Assembly (NCBI GenBank): GCA_964434885.1
Contig: CAYSWQ010000005.1
Location: 1 to 55,510, forward strand
DNA: 55,510 nt
From: an uncultured Methanosarcinales archaeon
Lineage (GTDB): Archaea > Nanobdellota > Nanobdellia > Woesearchaeales > GW2011-AR9
Direction: 5' to 3'
Numbering within the stretch: the stretch's first letter is position 1; each line of letters opens with the position of its first letter. The position numbers and the translations under genes were made by a program. This document shows, one piece after another, positions 35,697-44,517 of the stretch. Under the pieces are notes generated by a model. That model ran no database searches and was not told the origin of the DNA. It saw nothing but the letters and a program-made list of their open reading frames with translations.

Positions 35697-35902
35697 TCAA
35701 CATTTTTGAATTTGTGTTTGGTAGCAATTAGAATTACATCTATAATCCACCAGATCCATCCTAAAATTCCCAGAGTTAAGATAGTGACTAATAATTTTAA
35801 AATTCCTAAACCAACATGACCCATTACAAATCGATCTACACCGAGTCCACCAAATAAGATAGACAATACTAAGGTCAAAACCCAATTAACTTTTTTTGCC
35901 AT
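35681..35902 (-). CDS. TM2 domain protein
   Basis: MAKKVNWVLTLVLSILFGGLGVDRFVMGHVGLGILKLL... Start moved to ATG 35902. Confidence 0.7.
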   Translation of the reverse strand: MAKKVNWVLTLVLSILFGGLGVDRFVMGHVGLGILKLLVTILTLGILGWIWWIIDVILIATKHKFKNVEWVVN

Positions 35903-35925
35903 ATTAATACCTCCATATTGTGTAA

Positions 35926-36702
35926 TTATTTTATCTTTAATAATCTTTTCCAATCTTCTAAATAATATTTGAAGAAAATGATTAGTGCTACTATAACCAT
36001 AACTAGACTAAACCATTGACCTAGACTAAATCCAAGGAAAATACTGTTTTGACGGTAGAAATCAACAATGATTCTTCCTAACCCTTCCCAAAAAACAAAA
36101 TTCCAAAAGATAAAACCTGGTTTAAAATTTTCTTTGAAACTGAGGATTAATAACCAACCGAAAACTAAGAATCTCTTTCCGGCAGCATATAATGTAGAAG
36201 GGTGACGACAATCTTGATAATTGGGAAATTGAACACACCAATCAACGTTAGTTGTTCTCCCTACTAGTTCTCCATTCATGAAATTAGCAATTCTTCCTAA
36301 AGCAAGAGCAAAGATACCTGGAACACTTAAAAGATCTGCCATTTTCCAAAAATTTATTTTTTTCTTTTTACAATACCAATAACCAGCTACCACGATTCCA
36401 ACAAAACCACCATGAAAGCTCATCCCCCCTTGCCAGAATTTTAAAAGATTTAATGGATTTTTAAGATATAATGAAGGTTCCCAGAAGATTTCAAATAATC
36501 TTGAACCAATTAAAACCCCTAACATCAAATAAAAACAAAAATCCCAAATATCATCTTTAGTTAAAGGTATTTTTCCTTTTTTTCTCCAAAAAAACAACCA
36601 CCAAATCATCAGAAAAAATCCCAGAACATAAACTAAACCATAATATCTTATTTCTACTGGTCCTAGAGATAATAGTGTTGGATTGAGGTCATGAATAAAC
36701 AT
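35926..36702 (-). CDS. lgt: Prolipoprotein diacylglyceryl transferase
   Basis: All Lgt signature blocks are present: YYGLVYVLGF, GGMSFHGGFVG, LGRIANFMNGELVGR, RHPSTLY, GRIIVDFYRQ. Confidence 0.9.
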   Translation of the reverse strand: MFIHDLNPTLLSLGPVEIRYYGLVYVLGFFLMIWWLFFWRKKGKIPLTKDDIWDFCFYLMLGVLIGSRLFEIFWEPSLYLKNPLNLLKFWQGGMSFHGGFVGIVVAGYWYCKKKKINFWKMADLLSVPGIFALALGRIANFMNGELVGRTTNVDWCVQFPNYQDCRHPSTLYAAGKRFLVFGWLLILSFKENFKPGFIFWNFVFWEGLGRIIVDFYRQNSIFLGFSLGQWFSLVMVIVALIIFFKYYLEDWKRLLKIK

Positions 36703-36760
36703 TTTATTGTTGTATTTTTAATAGATTATTTAAATTTTAGCAAATAACTCCTACTTCACA

Positions 36761-36776
36761 GAAAAATTTATATATA
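36761..36776 (+). promoter_or_regulatory. BRE/TATA promoter (GAAAAATTTATATATA)
   Basis: About 45 nt upstream of ATG 36819. Confidence 0.45.
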
Positions 36777-36818
36777 GACTAGCTCTTCTTAAATTTATAA
36801 TTATATGAGGGGATTATT

Positions 36819-37085
36819 ATGGCTGATGAAAAAGAAAGAAATTATTCAAGAGAACTTATTGGTAAAACTATTGTTTCAAAAACTGGAAAAAGATTTGGAG
36901 AAGTAGGAGATTTAATCTTTGAAGCTAGTTCCGGAGAATTAATTCATTTATTATTAAGAGGACCAACGTCTTATACTGATAGGATGGAATTAGAGAAGTC
37001 TAAAGAAGGCAATATTTTGATTCCTTTTTCTGCAGTAATCGCTTCTGGTGATTTTGTGGTTGTTAGTGAAGAAGATATTATTTAG
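36819..37085 (+). CDS. PRC-barrel domain protein
   Basis: 88 aa. ELIGKTIVSKTGKRFGEVGDLIFEASSGELIHLLL pattern. Confidence 0.7.
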   Translation: MADEKERNYSRELIGKTIVSKTGKRFGEVGDLIFEASSGELIHLLLRGPTSYTDRMELEKSKEGNILIPFSAVIASGDFVVVSEEDII

Positions 37086-37106
37086 ATTTTTTTATTCTAC
37101 TTCTTT

Positions 37107-37574
37107 TTACTCTGTTCCAAATTCCAAATCCACCTTCTTAACATATTCTTTAACTCTTCCTAAAACTGAGCTGAGTAAGAAGCTTTCGATCTTTTCTTCG
37201 AAGATTTCATTTAGTTCACTCCATTCGGAAATTCGATAAAGGTTAGAGTTGCTTTCAATTAAGTGGATATCTTTTAATCTTTTTAATTGTCTTCTGATGT
37301 TAGAACCAGCAACTCCAAGAACAGGTAGTTTGTTTCTTTTTCTATAACCAATTACTTTGTTTTTGATTTCTTCAGAATGTAATTCTTCTTTTTGTTGTTT
37401 TGCTTTAAGTAAAGTGTATAAAACATCAACAACTACATCTCTACTATCTCCAGGTTGTAATAATCCCAAACTTAGACATAATTTTCTTACTAGTTCTCGA
37501 TCTTGAGTAACTGGTTTTTCATATCTTCTTAATGTGATTTCCGATAAAGGAGTATCACGTGAAATTTTTGCCAT
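37107..37574 (-). CDS. Conserved archaeal winged-helix (HTH) protein
   Basis: Start set at ATG 37574 (MAKISRD...), preceded by GAGGTGA. The track's N-terminal extension runs into hairpin element A. Confidence 0.6.
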   Translation of the reverse strand: MAKISRDTPLSEITLRRYEKPVTQDRELVRKLCLSLGLLQPGDSRDVVVDVLYTLLKAKQQKEELHSEEIKNKVIGYRKRNKLPVLGVAGSNIRRQLKRLKDIHLIESNSNLYRISEWSELNEIFEEKIESFLLSSVLGRVKEYVKKVDLEFGTE

Positions 37575-37610
37575 GTTATTCACCTCAATTTTTATTTTAA
37601 TGTTGTTCAG

Positions 37611-37698
37611 AAAAACATCACGCACGGCCCTTCGATTTTTTACTCTTACGGCTTCGCCATCGGGTAAAAAATGGGCCTCATTTGGCGGTGATGTTTTT
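37611..37698. ncRNA. Copy A of an unassigned conserved hairpin/structured-RNA motif
   Basis: 11-bp outer stem AAAAACATCAC/GTGATGTTTTT. Conserved core GCACGGCCC ... GGGCCTCATTTGGCG. Inner 11-bp stem ATTTTTTACTC/GGGTAAAAAAT. Confidence 0.55.
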
Positions 37699-37716
37699 CT
37701 TGATAAGTGTGTATTT

Positions 37717-39411
37717 TTACCTGTGTAAGTACCAAAAAGTAATTTTGTTTTTATCTATTTTATCTACTCGAGCAAAATAATTTCTTTCTAATTGAACTAA
37801 GTCTCCTTCTTTAAGGTCTTTCATACTTTCTTCTCCCAAACCTAAAGCAATATTATTGTCTTCTAAACACACATTGGTAATAATATTTTTTTCATCAGGT
37901 AACCAATGAATGATTACTCCTTTGTTTTTAGAGGATTTAAAATCTTCATAAATTTCAGAGACATAATAATATTTTCCATCTCTAACTTCAAAATTACAAT
38001 AATCCATTAATCGATGAATTTTTCCTTCTTCTAATTTTCCTAAATCTTTTTCAGTAATATTAATTTCTTTGGTAGGAATTAAGGTTCTTTGTCCACGTTT
38101 TGGGAAATCCGGGTGTAAATCTAGCTTCACTTCTTTTTTAGGAAGGTTTTTTATTTTTATTTTTACTGGATCTTGGATAAAGAAATAACGATTAGCTTTG
38201 GATTCAATTATTTCTTTGTTGAAGGCATTGATGTTTTTCCAGAATTCTTCTAAAGAAACTGTTTTATCATTTAAACTCAAACCAATTTCTGTCGCATACT
38301 TCCTAAATGCACCAGCCTGGTAACCTCTTTTTCTAAGGGCCAATAAGGTCATTAAACGAATGTCATCCCAACCAGTGTATTCACCTTGTTCAATAGCTAA
38401 TTTTGTTTTAGTGGTGCTTAATTTGAAGCCCTCAAAATTGATCCTGCCCCAATGTTGATAGTGAGGTGGTTTCCAACCCAAATAATCCATTATCAAAGCT
38501 TCTTTTCTACCATTGTCGGTATGGTCTTTACCATTCAAAACATGAGTGATTCCTAAGTCATGATCATCGATAGCAACCGAAAAAACCATCAAAGGCCAAA
38601 CTCTTTGTTCTTTGCCAGTTTTAGGGTGAATATGTTCATTAATTCTGAGAATTACAAAATCCCTCATAGCAGGATTCTTGTGATCAATTTCTGTTTTTAA
38701 TCTAAGAACTGCTTCTCCTTCAGCATACCCACTAAACATTTTGGCGTATCTTAATTGGTTTTCTTTTTTTTCTAGATCTCGGCAAGGACAAGCTTGACCT
38801 TGGTTTTTTAGTTCTCGCCATTGGTCTGCATCACAAATACAAACATAGGCTTTTTCCATTTCCACCAACTTCTCTGCATAATCATAATAAATTCCTAAAC
38901 GGGAAGACTGAATTATTACTTGGTTTACTTTATTATCAGTTAACCAGTTAGAATCATCTTCGATTAATTGGTAAGCTGGTTTGTAGATGTTTTCTGGATT
39001 GGTATCTTCGATCCGGACGATGAATTTTCCTTGATATATTTTAGAATATTCATAATTTAAAGAAGCCCCATAAGCATGGCCAATGTGTAAAGGACCACTA
39101 GGAGAAGGAGCAATTCTAACTACTACTTTTCCTTTTTCTGCATCTTTCAATGGTTTTAGTGGGCCAGTTGGTTTTTCTTTCTTATCTTCTAATAATTCTG
39201 GAGCAATTTTTTGTAATTGTTTTTTGATTTCTTCTTTGTTTAAACTAGATGTTTTTTTGATAATGGCTTCAATTTCTTTCATTAAAGCAGGAATATCTTT
39301 TTTTAATTCATTCTTTTCTTTTAGAACCATTCCCATAACAAATTTGGGGTTAACACTTCCAAAACGAAAAGAATTTTGTAAAACCCATTTTTTGATTGTT
39401 TCTCTCATCAA
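37717..39411 (-). CDS. gltX: Glutamyl-tRNA synthetase, archaeal type
   Basis: 564 aa. Archaeal N-terminal extension (WVLQNSFRFGS.NPKFVMGMVL), HIGH (PSGPLHIGHA), class I core. Confidence 0.9.
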   Translation of the reverse strand: MMRETIKKWVLQNSFRFGSVNPKFVMGMVLKEKNELKKDIPALMKEIEAIIKKTSSLNKEEIKKQLQKIAPELLEDKKEKPTGPLKPLKDAEKGKVVVRIAPSPSGPLHIGHAYGASLNYEYSKIYQGKFIVRIEDTNPENIYKPAYQLIEDDSNWLTDNKVNQVIIQSSRLGIYYDYAEKLVEMEKAYVCICDADQWRELKNQGQACPCRDLEKKENQLRYAKMFSGYAEGEAVLRLKTEIDHKNPAMRDFVILRINEHIHPKTGKEQRVWPLMVFSVAIDDHDLGITHVLNGKDHTDNGRKEALIMDYLGWKPPHYQHWGRINFEGFKLSTTKTKLAIEQGEYTGWDDIRLMTLLALRKRGYQAGAFRKYATEIGLSLNDKTVSLEEFWKNINAFNKEIIESKANRYFFIQDPVKIKIKNLPKKEVKLDLHPDFPKRGQRTLIPTKEINITEKDLGKLEEGKIHRLMDYCNFEVRDGKYYYVSEIYEDFKSSKNKGVIIHWLPDEKNIITNVCLEDNNIALGLGEESMKDLKEGDLVQLERNYFARVDKIDKNKITFWYLHR

Positions 39412-39461
39412 TGATTGGAAAAAAGAATTAATTATTAAATGTTTTGATTAAATATTATAAT

Positions 39462-40052
39462 TTACTTTCTCCACCAACTCAAAAACCAACTTATTCCGGC
39501 TCCAATCATTCCCAAGAACATATCTTTTTGGGCATCCCAAATATCTCCTTGCATACCTAAATAATTAGTTTCTACTAATTCACTTTCTGCTACTAAACTA
39601 TAACCAACTTCGATTATTTCGAAAATTCCTTTTAATCCGATAATAACCATAAAGGTGAAAAAATGACTCCAGATTTTTTTGATCTTTAGTTTTTTGTAGA
39701 TTATTACTTGGATGGGAAAATAGAAGACTACTCCGAATAAAAAGTGGACTACTCGGTCATAATGATTACGGGATAAGTTCAGCCAATTTTTTAATAGATC
39801 AAACAATGGCATTTCTGAATAACTGTAGTGAGCACCGATGGTGTGTAAGATTAAGAAAATAAATAAGAGGGTGTAGCTGAGATTGGAGAAACGAAAATAT
39901 TTGTAAGTTATAACCAATAATAAAACTAAAGTAACACTCAAGATATTTTCAGCAATCCAAACTTCTCGATATAATGGGGAGATGGCTAGAAAGGTCCAAA
40001 TTAGAGTAAAAATGCCTAATAAGATAGAAGGATAATAATTTTCTTTTTTCAT
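39462..40052 (-). CDS. Polytopic membrane protein (DUF2238/YjdF-like)
   Basis: 196 aa with about 6 TM segments. Resemblance only. Confidence 0.45.
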   Translation of the reverse strand: MKKENYYPSILLGIFTLIWTFLAISPLYREVWIAENILSVTLVLLLVITYKYFRFSNLSYTLLFIFLILHTIGAHYSYSEMPLFDLLKNWLNLSRNHYDRVVHFLFGVVFYFPIQVIIYKKLKIKKIWSHFFTFMVIIGLKGIFEIIEVGYSLVAESELVETNYLGMQGDIWDAQKDMFLGMIGAGISWFLSWWRK

Positions 40053-40862
40053 TTAAAATTGTCCTTTTTCAATTAAAATTCTCATTCTTTGCACAAAATC
40101 ATTGGCTTCTTTTAAGTAAAGATCATATTGGTCACCGCGGATTTCTTTAATTTCTCGATGAGTAATCATTTTACTAAGTTTGTAAAATTTGTGCATAGTT
40201 TCTACATATTTTTTTTCTAATAATTTCTTTTTAACAAAAATTTTATCTAACATATGGGCAACGTGTTCAGGAGTGGGAGGGATTTCGTTTTTTCTCATTA
40301 ACGCAGCATGAGCAGAATCAATAACTGCCCAATATAAATCTAAAGTAGCTTGTAATAAATGCCATCGAGAATTAAGTATTGTTCTTGGGGCTCTTCCGAA
40401 GTAACGCCAAACACTTTCTTCTGAAGGTCTGATTCTTCCTCTTTTTAGTAAAACTTGTAATGGATTATAGAAACCAGAATCATATAATGCGAAACCATCT
40501 CTTAGGATGTTAACTACTACGGGATCTCCAGCTTTAGCATATTCCCAGAAAGAAGATAAGGTCATAGAAGTAATATGTAATTTTTCTGAAGTTTTACTGA
40601 TGGTGTTTTCAACAATTACTCGATAAGTTTCTACCAATGCATCTGTGATTTGAAAACTGATGTCGTCAGTAACAACTAAAATATCAATGTCACTTTTTTC
40701 AGTAGCTTCCCTTCTAACTGTGCTACCAAAAAGAACAATTCCTTTTAAGAAATCTTTTAATTCTGTTTGTAATTGATTAGAAAAACTAGTAGCGATTTTA
40801 ACATCTGCAGTAGGATATTTGTGTAGGTTGGTGTTCTCTCTTTTGGCTATTCTAAATTCCAT
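40053..40862 (-). CDS. Nucleotidyltransferase-domain protein with a helical HEPN-like C-terminal domain
   Basis: GSTVRREATEKSDIDILVVTDD (minimal NTase G-S...DxD), followed by a helical C-terminal half. Confidence 0.6.
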   Translation of the reverse strand: MEFRIAKRENTNLHKYPTADVKIATSFSNQLQTELKDFLKGIVLFGSTVRREATEKSDIDILVVTDDISFQITDALVETYRVIVENTISKTSEKLHITSMTLSSFWEYAKAGDPVVVNILRDGFALYDSGFYNPLQVLLKRGRIRPSEESVWRYFGRAPRTILNSRWHLLQATLDLYWAVIDSAHAALMRKNEIPPTPEHVAHMLDKIFVKKKLLEKKYVETMHKFYKLSKMITHREIKEIRGDQYDLYLKEANDFVQRMRILIEKGQF

Positions 40863-40977
40863 ATTAACCTCTTTTTAGATTGAGATATTGTTTAGGTATA
40901 AAAAAGTTACTTTTTCTGTATGATTAAACAAAAAAGAAAATTATTTAAGGTGGAAAAATTTAATTTATTGAATTAGG

Positions 40978-41655
40978 ATGAAAAAATTAGTTTTTGTAAT
41001 GGTATTGATCTTGTTTGTTGTAGGGTGTGATAATAATAGCATCAATAAACAAGGTTTGAAATTACATTATGAAAGAACTTTTTTTTCGTTGCATTCAGAT
41101 TTGGATTGTGGAGAAGAACAGGGGGACTTCTGTTTGTTACAACAAATAGTAAAGGGTAAAAATGTTTCTGCCTGTGAACAATTTGGAGAAGGAATTGCTA
41201 ACTACGAATGTTATACTAAAATGGCGGAAAAGTTGGGTGATTTTAAGATTTGTCATAAACAAAATATTTCTGAACCAAAAAAATCTATTTTTGGAGGAAT
41301 GCATATTTGGGTTTACCAATGTTATCTTAATTTGATTGCAACTAAAGGAGATGTTAAGTTGTGTGATCTCAAATATAATAACACCGAAGGAAGAATAGTC
41401 TGTTACAATGAGTTGGCAGGGGTTTTGGCTAATTTGGATATTTGTGATAAAATTAAAACAGTTGAAGATAAGAACAATTGTTTTACTTGGGTGGCAGAGA
41501 CATTAAGAGATATTTCAATATGTGATAGAAACATTAAAAACGAGTACACTAAACAATTTTGCTATAAAAACGTGGCTCTAGTTTTAAATGATACTTCAAT
41601 TTGTAAAGATAAGGTCACTTTTGATGATTTAAGATTCTATTGTGGAATAGAATAG
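40978..41655 (+). CDS. Cys-rich repeat lipoprotein (unknown function)
   Basis: LILFVVGCDNN lipobox. About 6 repeats of roughly 30 aa with the pattern D.x.(I/L)CD/H ... C(Y/F)..(V/L)A. Confidence 0.6.
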   Translation: MKKLVFVMVLILFVVGCDNNSINKQGLKLHYERTFFSLHSDLDCGEEQGDFCLLQQIVKGKNVSACEQFGEGIANYECYTKMAEKLGDFKICHKQNISEPKKSIFGGMHIWVYQCYLNLIATKGDVKLCDLKYNNTEGRIVCYNELAGVLANLDICDKIKTVEDKNNCFTWVAETLRDISICDRNIKNEYTKQFCYKNVALVLNDTSICKDKVTFDDLRFYCGIE

Positions 41656-41686
41656 TTTGGATAAGGGGAGTAATAACTTTTTGAGA

Positions 41687-41700
41687 GAAACATTTATAAA
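41687..41700 (+). promoter_or_regulatory. BRE/TATA promoter (GAAACATTTATAAA)
   Basis: Would place a TSS near 41725. That gives rps2 a leader of about 210 nt containing hairpin element B. Confidence 0.4.
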
Positions 41701-41817
41701 AGTGCAGCTGTTTGAAGAGATAGAGCCAACATTTACCTATTGTGGGGTAAATATTGCTGCATGAGGCAAAAAATATTGCAGTCTTTGAAGTTATTCTTAG
41801 ACTTTTTTTGCTTATTA

Positions 41818-41907
41818 AAATATCGGCCTGCACGGCCCAGTTATTTTTCACCCTTACGGCTTCGCCACCGGGTAAAAAATGGGCCTCCTTTGGCAAGGCC
41901 GATATTT
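41818..41907. ncRNA. Copy B of the unassigned hairpin/structured-RNA motif
   Basis: 12-bp outer stem AAATATCGGCCT/AGGCCGATATTT. Core GCACGGCCC ... GGGCCTCCTTTGGCA. Ends 30 nt before the rps2 ATG. Confidence 0.55.
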
Positions 41908-41937
41908 CACTTACAAAAACAAACGAGGAAATTAAAA

Positions 41938-42540
41938 ATGGCAGAACAAGAAACATTATTGATTGATTCCAACGAATACTTGAAATCAGGAATTCATATT
42001 GGAACTAAATTTAAAACTAAGTATATGTCTAATTTCATCTATAAAACTAGACCTGATGGGTTAAGTGTTTTGAACTTGAAATTGATTGATGAAAGAATCA
42101 AGACAGCTGCGAATCTAATGGCACAATACGAACCAGAAGATATTTTGGTAGCAGGAAGAAGAGAGAGTTGTTGGAAATCTTTGAAGACATTAGAAAAAAC
42201 TACGGGTGTAAAAACTTTAGTTGGTAGATACCCACCAGGAATTTTAACTAATCCAAACTTGAAGATTTTTATTCAACCAAAATTGCTTTTAGTTTGTGAT
42301 CCATGGCCGGACAAAAACGCAGTTAGTGATGCAATTAAAGGAGGAATTCCAGTAATTGCACTTTGTGATACAAACAACCAATCAAACAATCTTGATTTAG
42401 TTGTACCTTGTAATAACAAAGGAAAAAAATCTTTAGGATTAATTTTCTATCTATTAGCAACAGAATATCTGAGAATGAAAGGTAAATTGAAAGCTAATGA
42501 AAAGTTAAAAGAAACAATAGAAGATTTTACTGAAGAATAA
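41938..42540 (+). CDS. rps2: 30S ribosomal protein uS2 (archaeal S2/SA type)
   Basis: MAEQETLLIDSNEYLKSGIHIGTKFKTKYMSNFIYKTRPDGLSVLNL. GAGGA lies 10 nt upstream. The track's upstream extension is not coding. Confidence 0.95.
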   Translation: MAEQETLLIDSNEYLKSGIHIGTKFKTKYMSNFIYKTRPDGLSVLNLKLIDERIKTAANLMAQYEPEDILVAGRRESCWKSLKTLEKTTGVKTLVGRYPPGILTNPNLKIFIQPKLLLVCDPWPDKNAVSDAIKGGIPVIALCDTNNQSNNLDLVVPCNNKGKKSLGLIFYLLATEYLRMKGKLKANEKLKETIEDFTEE

Positions 42541-42595
42541 TTTTTTATTCTTTTTTTCTTATTAAATTTGGTGATGGGTAGTTGGAGGTATAATA

Positions 42596-43582
42596 ATGAA
42601 AAACATAGCTATTATTGGTGGTAGTGGAGCAGCAGGAGTGGTTAGTGGATTAGGTATTAAAGAAGAAGAATTGACTACTTGTTTTAATGTGGAAACACAA
42701 GCACTCGATTATATGAAATTTCAACATGGAGATATTAATGTTGTTTTTGCTTTAAGACATGGTAAAGAACATACTAAAGATCCTGCTCGAATAAAACCAA
42801 AATATTTGGCAAAACAATTATCTAAATTGGTTAATCCCGAAGAAACATTGGTGGTACAAACAAGTGCTTCTGGGAGTTTGGATGTTGATATTGATTTGGT
42901 TGATGAAGGGGGAATTGTGGTTTGTGATTCTGTGATGAGGGGTTTTGGATTTAGAGGAAGTTCAAGATCTATTGTTGATCCCAAAATAGTTCATGCTGTA
43001 ATTGATAATGCATATTCAGAAAGAGCAAGAGAATTAGGAGTAAATGCAGTTCGATCTGTTAGGGGGGCAATTGCTTATGATGGTGGTGTTTATGTTGAAA
43101 ACGAAGGTAATCGGTTTGAAACTAAAGAAGAAATTGCAGATCTTTATTGTCGTTTAGATACTCCTAGATTTAGATTGCAAAGTTTGGAAAGAGAAAGAGC
43201 GATTTGTGATTATTTGGATGGTTTAAATCGCGGAGAACATTCAGATCCATTATGGCATAAATTTAGAATGGGAGATGGGAGAGTAACAGATAACGACAGA
43301 TTAACTAAAGAAATAGAAAAATATCAAAGAATGAGTGAAAATTTAAGTGTTAAATATGCACAAGTTTCTATGAATGCAGCTAAAGAAATAGAACCTTTGA
43401 TGGAATCTGGGTTTAAAGATGTTGTTTTGTTGGCGTTTCCAGTTAATTATGGAAAAGGCTTGATTCCTGATGAACAAGTTGATCATGCTAGAACAGAAGA
43501 AGCAATAGCAAACGCAACAGAACCATATATTGTTTCAACTTTGATGAACATGATTGAAATGGCACCAAGATATATTAAATAA
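42596..43582 (+). CDS. Divergent PNP/MTAP-family phosphorylase-like protein
   Basis: IAIIGGSGAAG ... VFALRHGKEH..P ... ASGSL resemble MTAP blocks. There is a long insertion, and the function is uncertain. Confidence 0.45.
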   Translation: MKNIAIIGGSGAAGVVSGLGIKEEELTTCFNVETQALDYMKFQHGDINVVFALRHGKEHTKDPARIKPKYLAKQLSKLVNPEETLVVQTSASGSLDVDIDLVDEGGIVVCDSVMRGFGFRGSSRSIVDPKIVHAVIDNAYSERARELGVNAVRSVRGAIAYDGGVYVENEGNRFETKEEIADLYCRLDTPRFRLQSLERERAICDYLDGLNRGEHSDPLWHKFRMGDGRVTDNDRLTKEIEKYQRMSENLSVKYAQVSMNAAKEIEPLMESGFKDVVLLAFPVNYGKGLIPDEQVDHARTEEAIANATEPYIVSTLMNMIEMAPRYIK

Positions 43583-43586
43583 TTTT

Positions 43587-44498
43587 TTATTCTTTTATTT
43601 CTATTTCATCGACAACACCATCAGAATCCATGTCAATCCCTTCTACAACTTTAGCATTGATTTTTGGATTAGTTGTATTGCCTTGAGTTAATTCTTTGAA
43701 ATTTTTTAAGAAAGCGATAATGCAGGCTCTGGTGCCAGCATGTCTTTTTCCAGCAATCAATAATATTTTTTTGTTTTTGTTAAAAGGATTTTCGGTTTTA
43801 ATAATAATTCCATTTTCATCGGAAAAATAACTCTTTTTTGATATTTTGCTGACTATTTTTTTTCCATCAAAATGAATTGGTAATTGGTTGTTAATTTTGT
43901 TGGTAATGTTATTAACTACTGGACCTCCAAAGATAATTAAGTTTTCTTTGAGTTCTTTTTCTCTGATTTCTGTATCTAAGCGAACATTTAACTTAGGGAT
44001 ATGATTGAGAAACGTTCCTAAAAATAAAGCAAAATCCATACCATAATAGCCATCTCTAGATCTAGCTTTTTCTGGACCATGTGGGTCTGGACTACCAACA
44101 ACAATTAATGATTTTAATTCCCCATTTTGAATAAAAGGTTCAAGAAAAGTAGATTCATTGGAAGGGGCAGCGATTTTTTGAGCCGCTTTCATCTTTTGAA
44201 ATTTTAAAACAAAAGCAGGTTCAGTTAATGTAAAATATTTGGCAACGGGTCCTTGTTTAGTTTCTTCTTTTAATACTCTAATCAAATCTGCATCCAATAG
44301 TCTTTTGATATGATAATATATTTTTTGTTCGTGGACCCCTAATTTTTGAGCAAGTTTTTTTGGATAGGTGGGAGAAGCAGCTAATGTTTTGATAATTTTT
44401 TCTGCTAAAGGCGAAGAAAGAGTTTTTAGTTGAGAGGTAGTTAATTCTTTAACTGGTAAAGTGAATAATTGATTCTTTTTGGTTTTTGTTAGGAACAT
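43587..44498 (-). CDS. ArsR-like winged-helix protein with a large uncharacterised C-terminal domain
   Basis: LSSPLAEKIIKTLAASPTYPKKLAQKLGVHEQKIYYHIKRLLDADLI, then about 200 aa of alpha/beta sequence. Confidence 0.6.
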   Translation of the reverse strand: MFLTKTKKNQLFTLPVKELTTSQLKTLSSPLAEKIIKTLAASPTYPKKLAQKLGVHEQKIYYHIKRLLDADLIRVLKEETKQGPVAKYFTLTEPAFVLKFQKMKAAQKIAAPSNESTFLEPFIQNGELKSLIVVGSPDPHGPEKARSRDGYYGMDFALFLGTFLNHIPKLNVRLDTEIREKELKENLIIFGGPVVNNITNKINNQLPIHFDGKKIVSKISKKSYFSDENGIIIKTENPFNKNKKILLIAGKRHAGTRACIIAFLKNFKELTQGNTTNPKINAKVVEGIDMDSDGVVDEIEIKE

Positions 44499-44517
44499 AG
44501 TGTTGTGTTGAATAATA

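Noticed and set aside
35697-35885. 62-aa minus-strand ORF overlapping the TM2-domain gene in another frame
   Set aside because: It lies entirely within the better-supported TM2 ORF (GVDRF motif), and its peptide is Cys/Trp/Arg-rich, typical of off-frame translation.
37534-37728. Plus-strand ORFs 37534..37728 and 41754..41966, and the 41740..41937 extension of rps2, which share peptides such as FTLTASP(S/P)GKKWASFG
   Set aside because: The similarity arises because these frames read through hairpin elements A and B. Stem covariation, not codon conservation, explains the pattern, and copy C is not in any comparable ORF. They also overlap better-supported genes or leaders.
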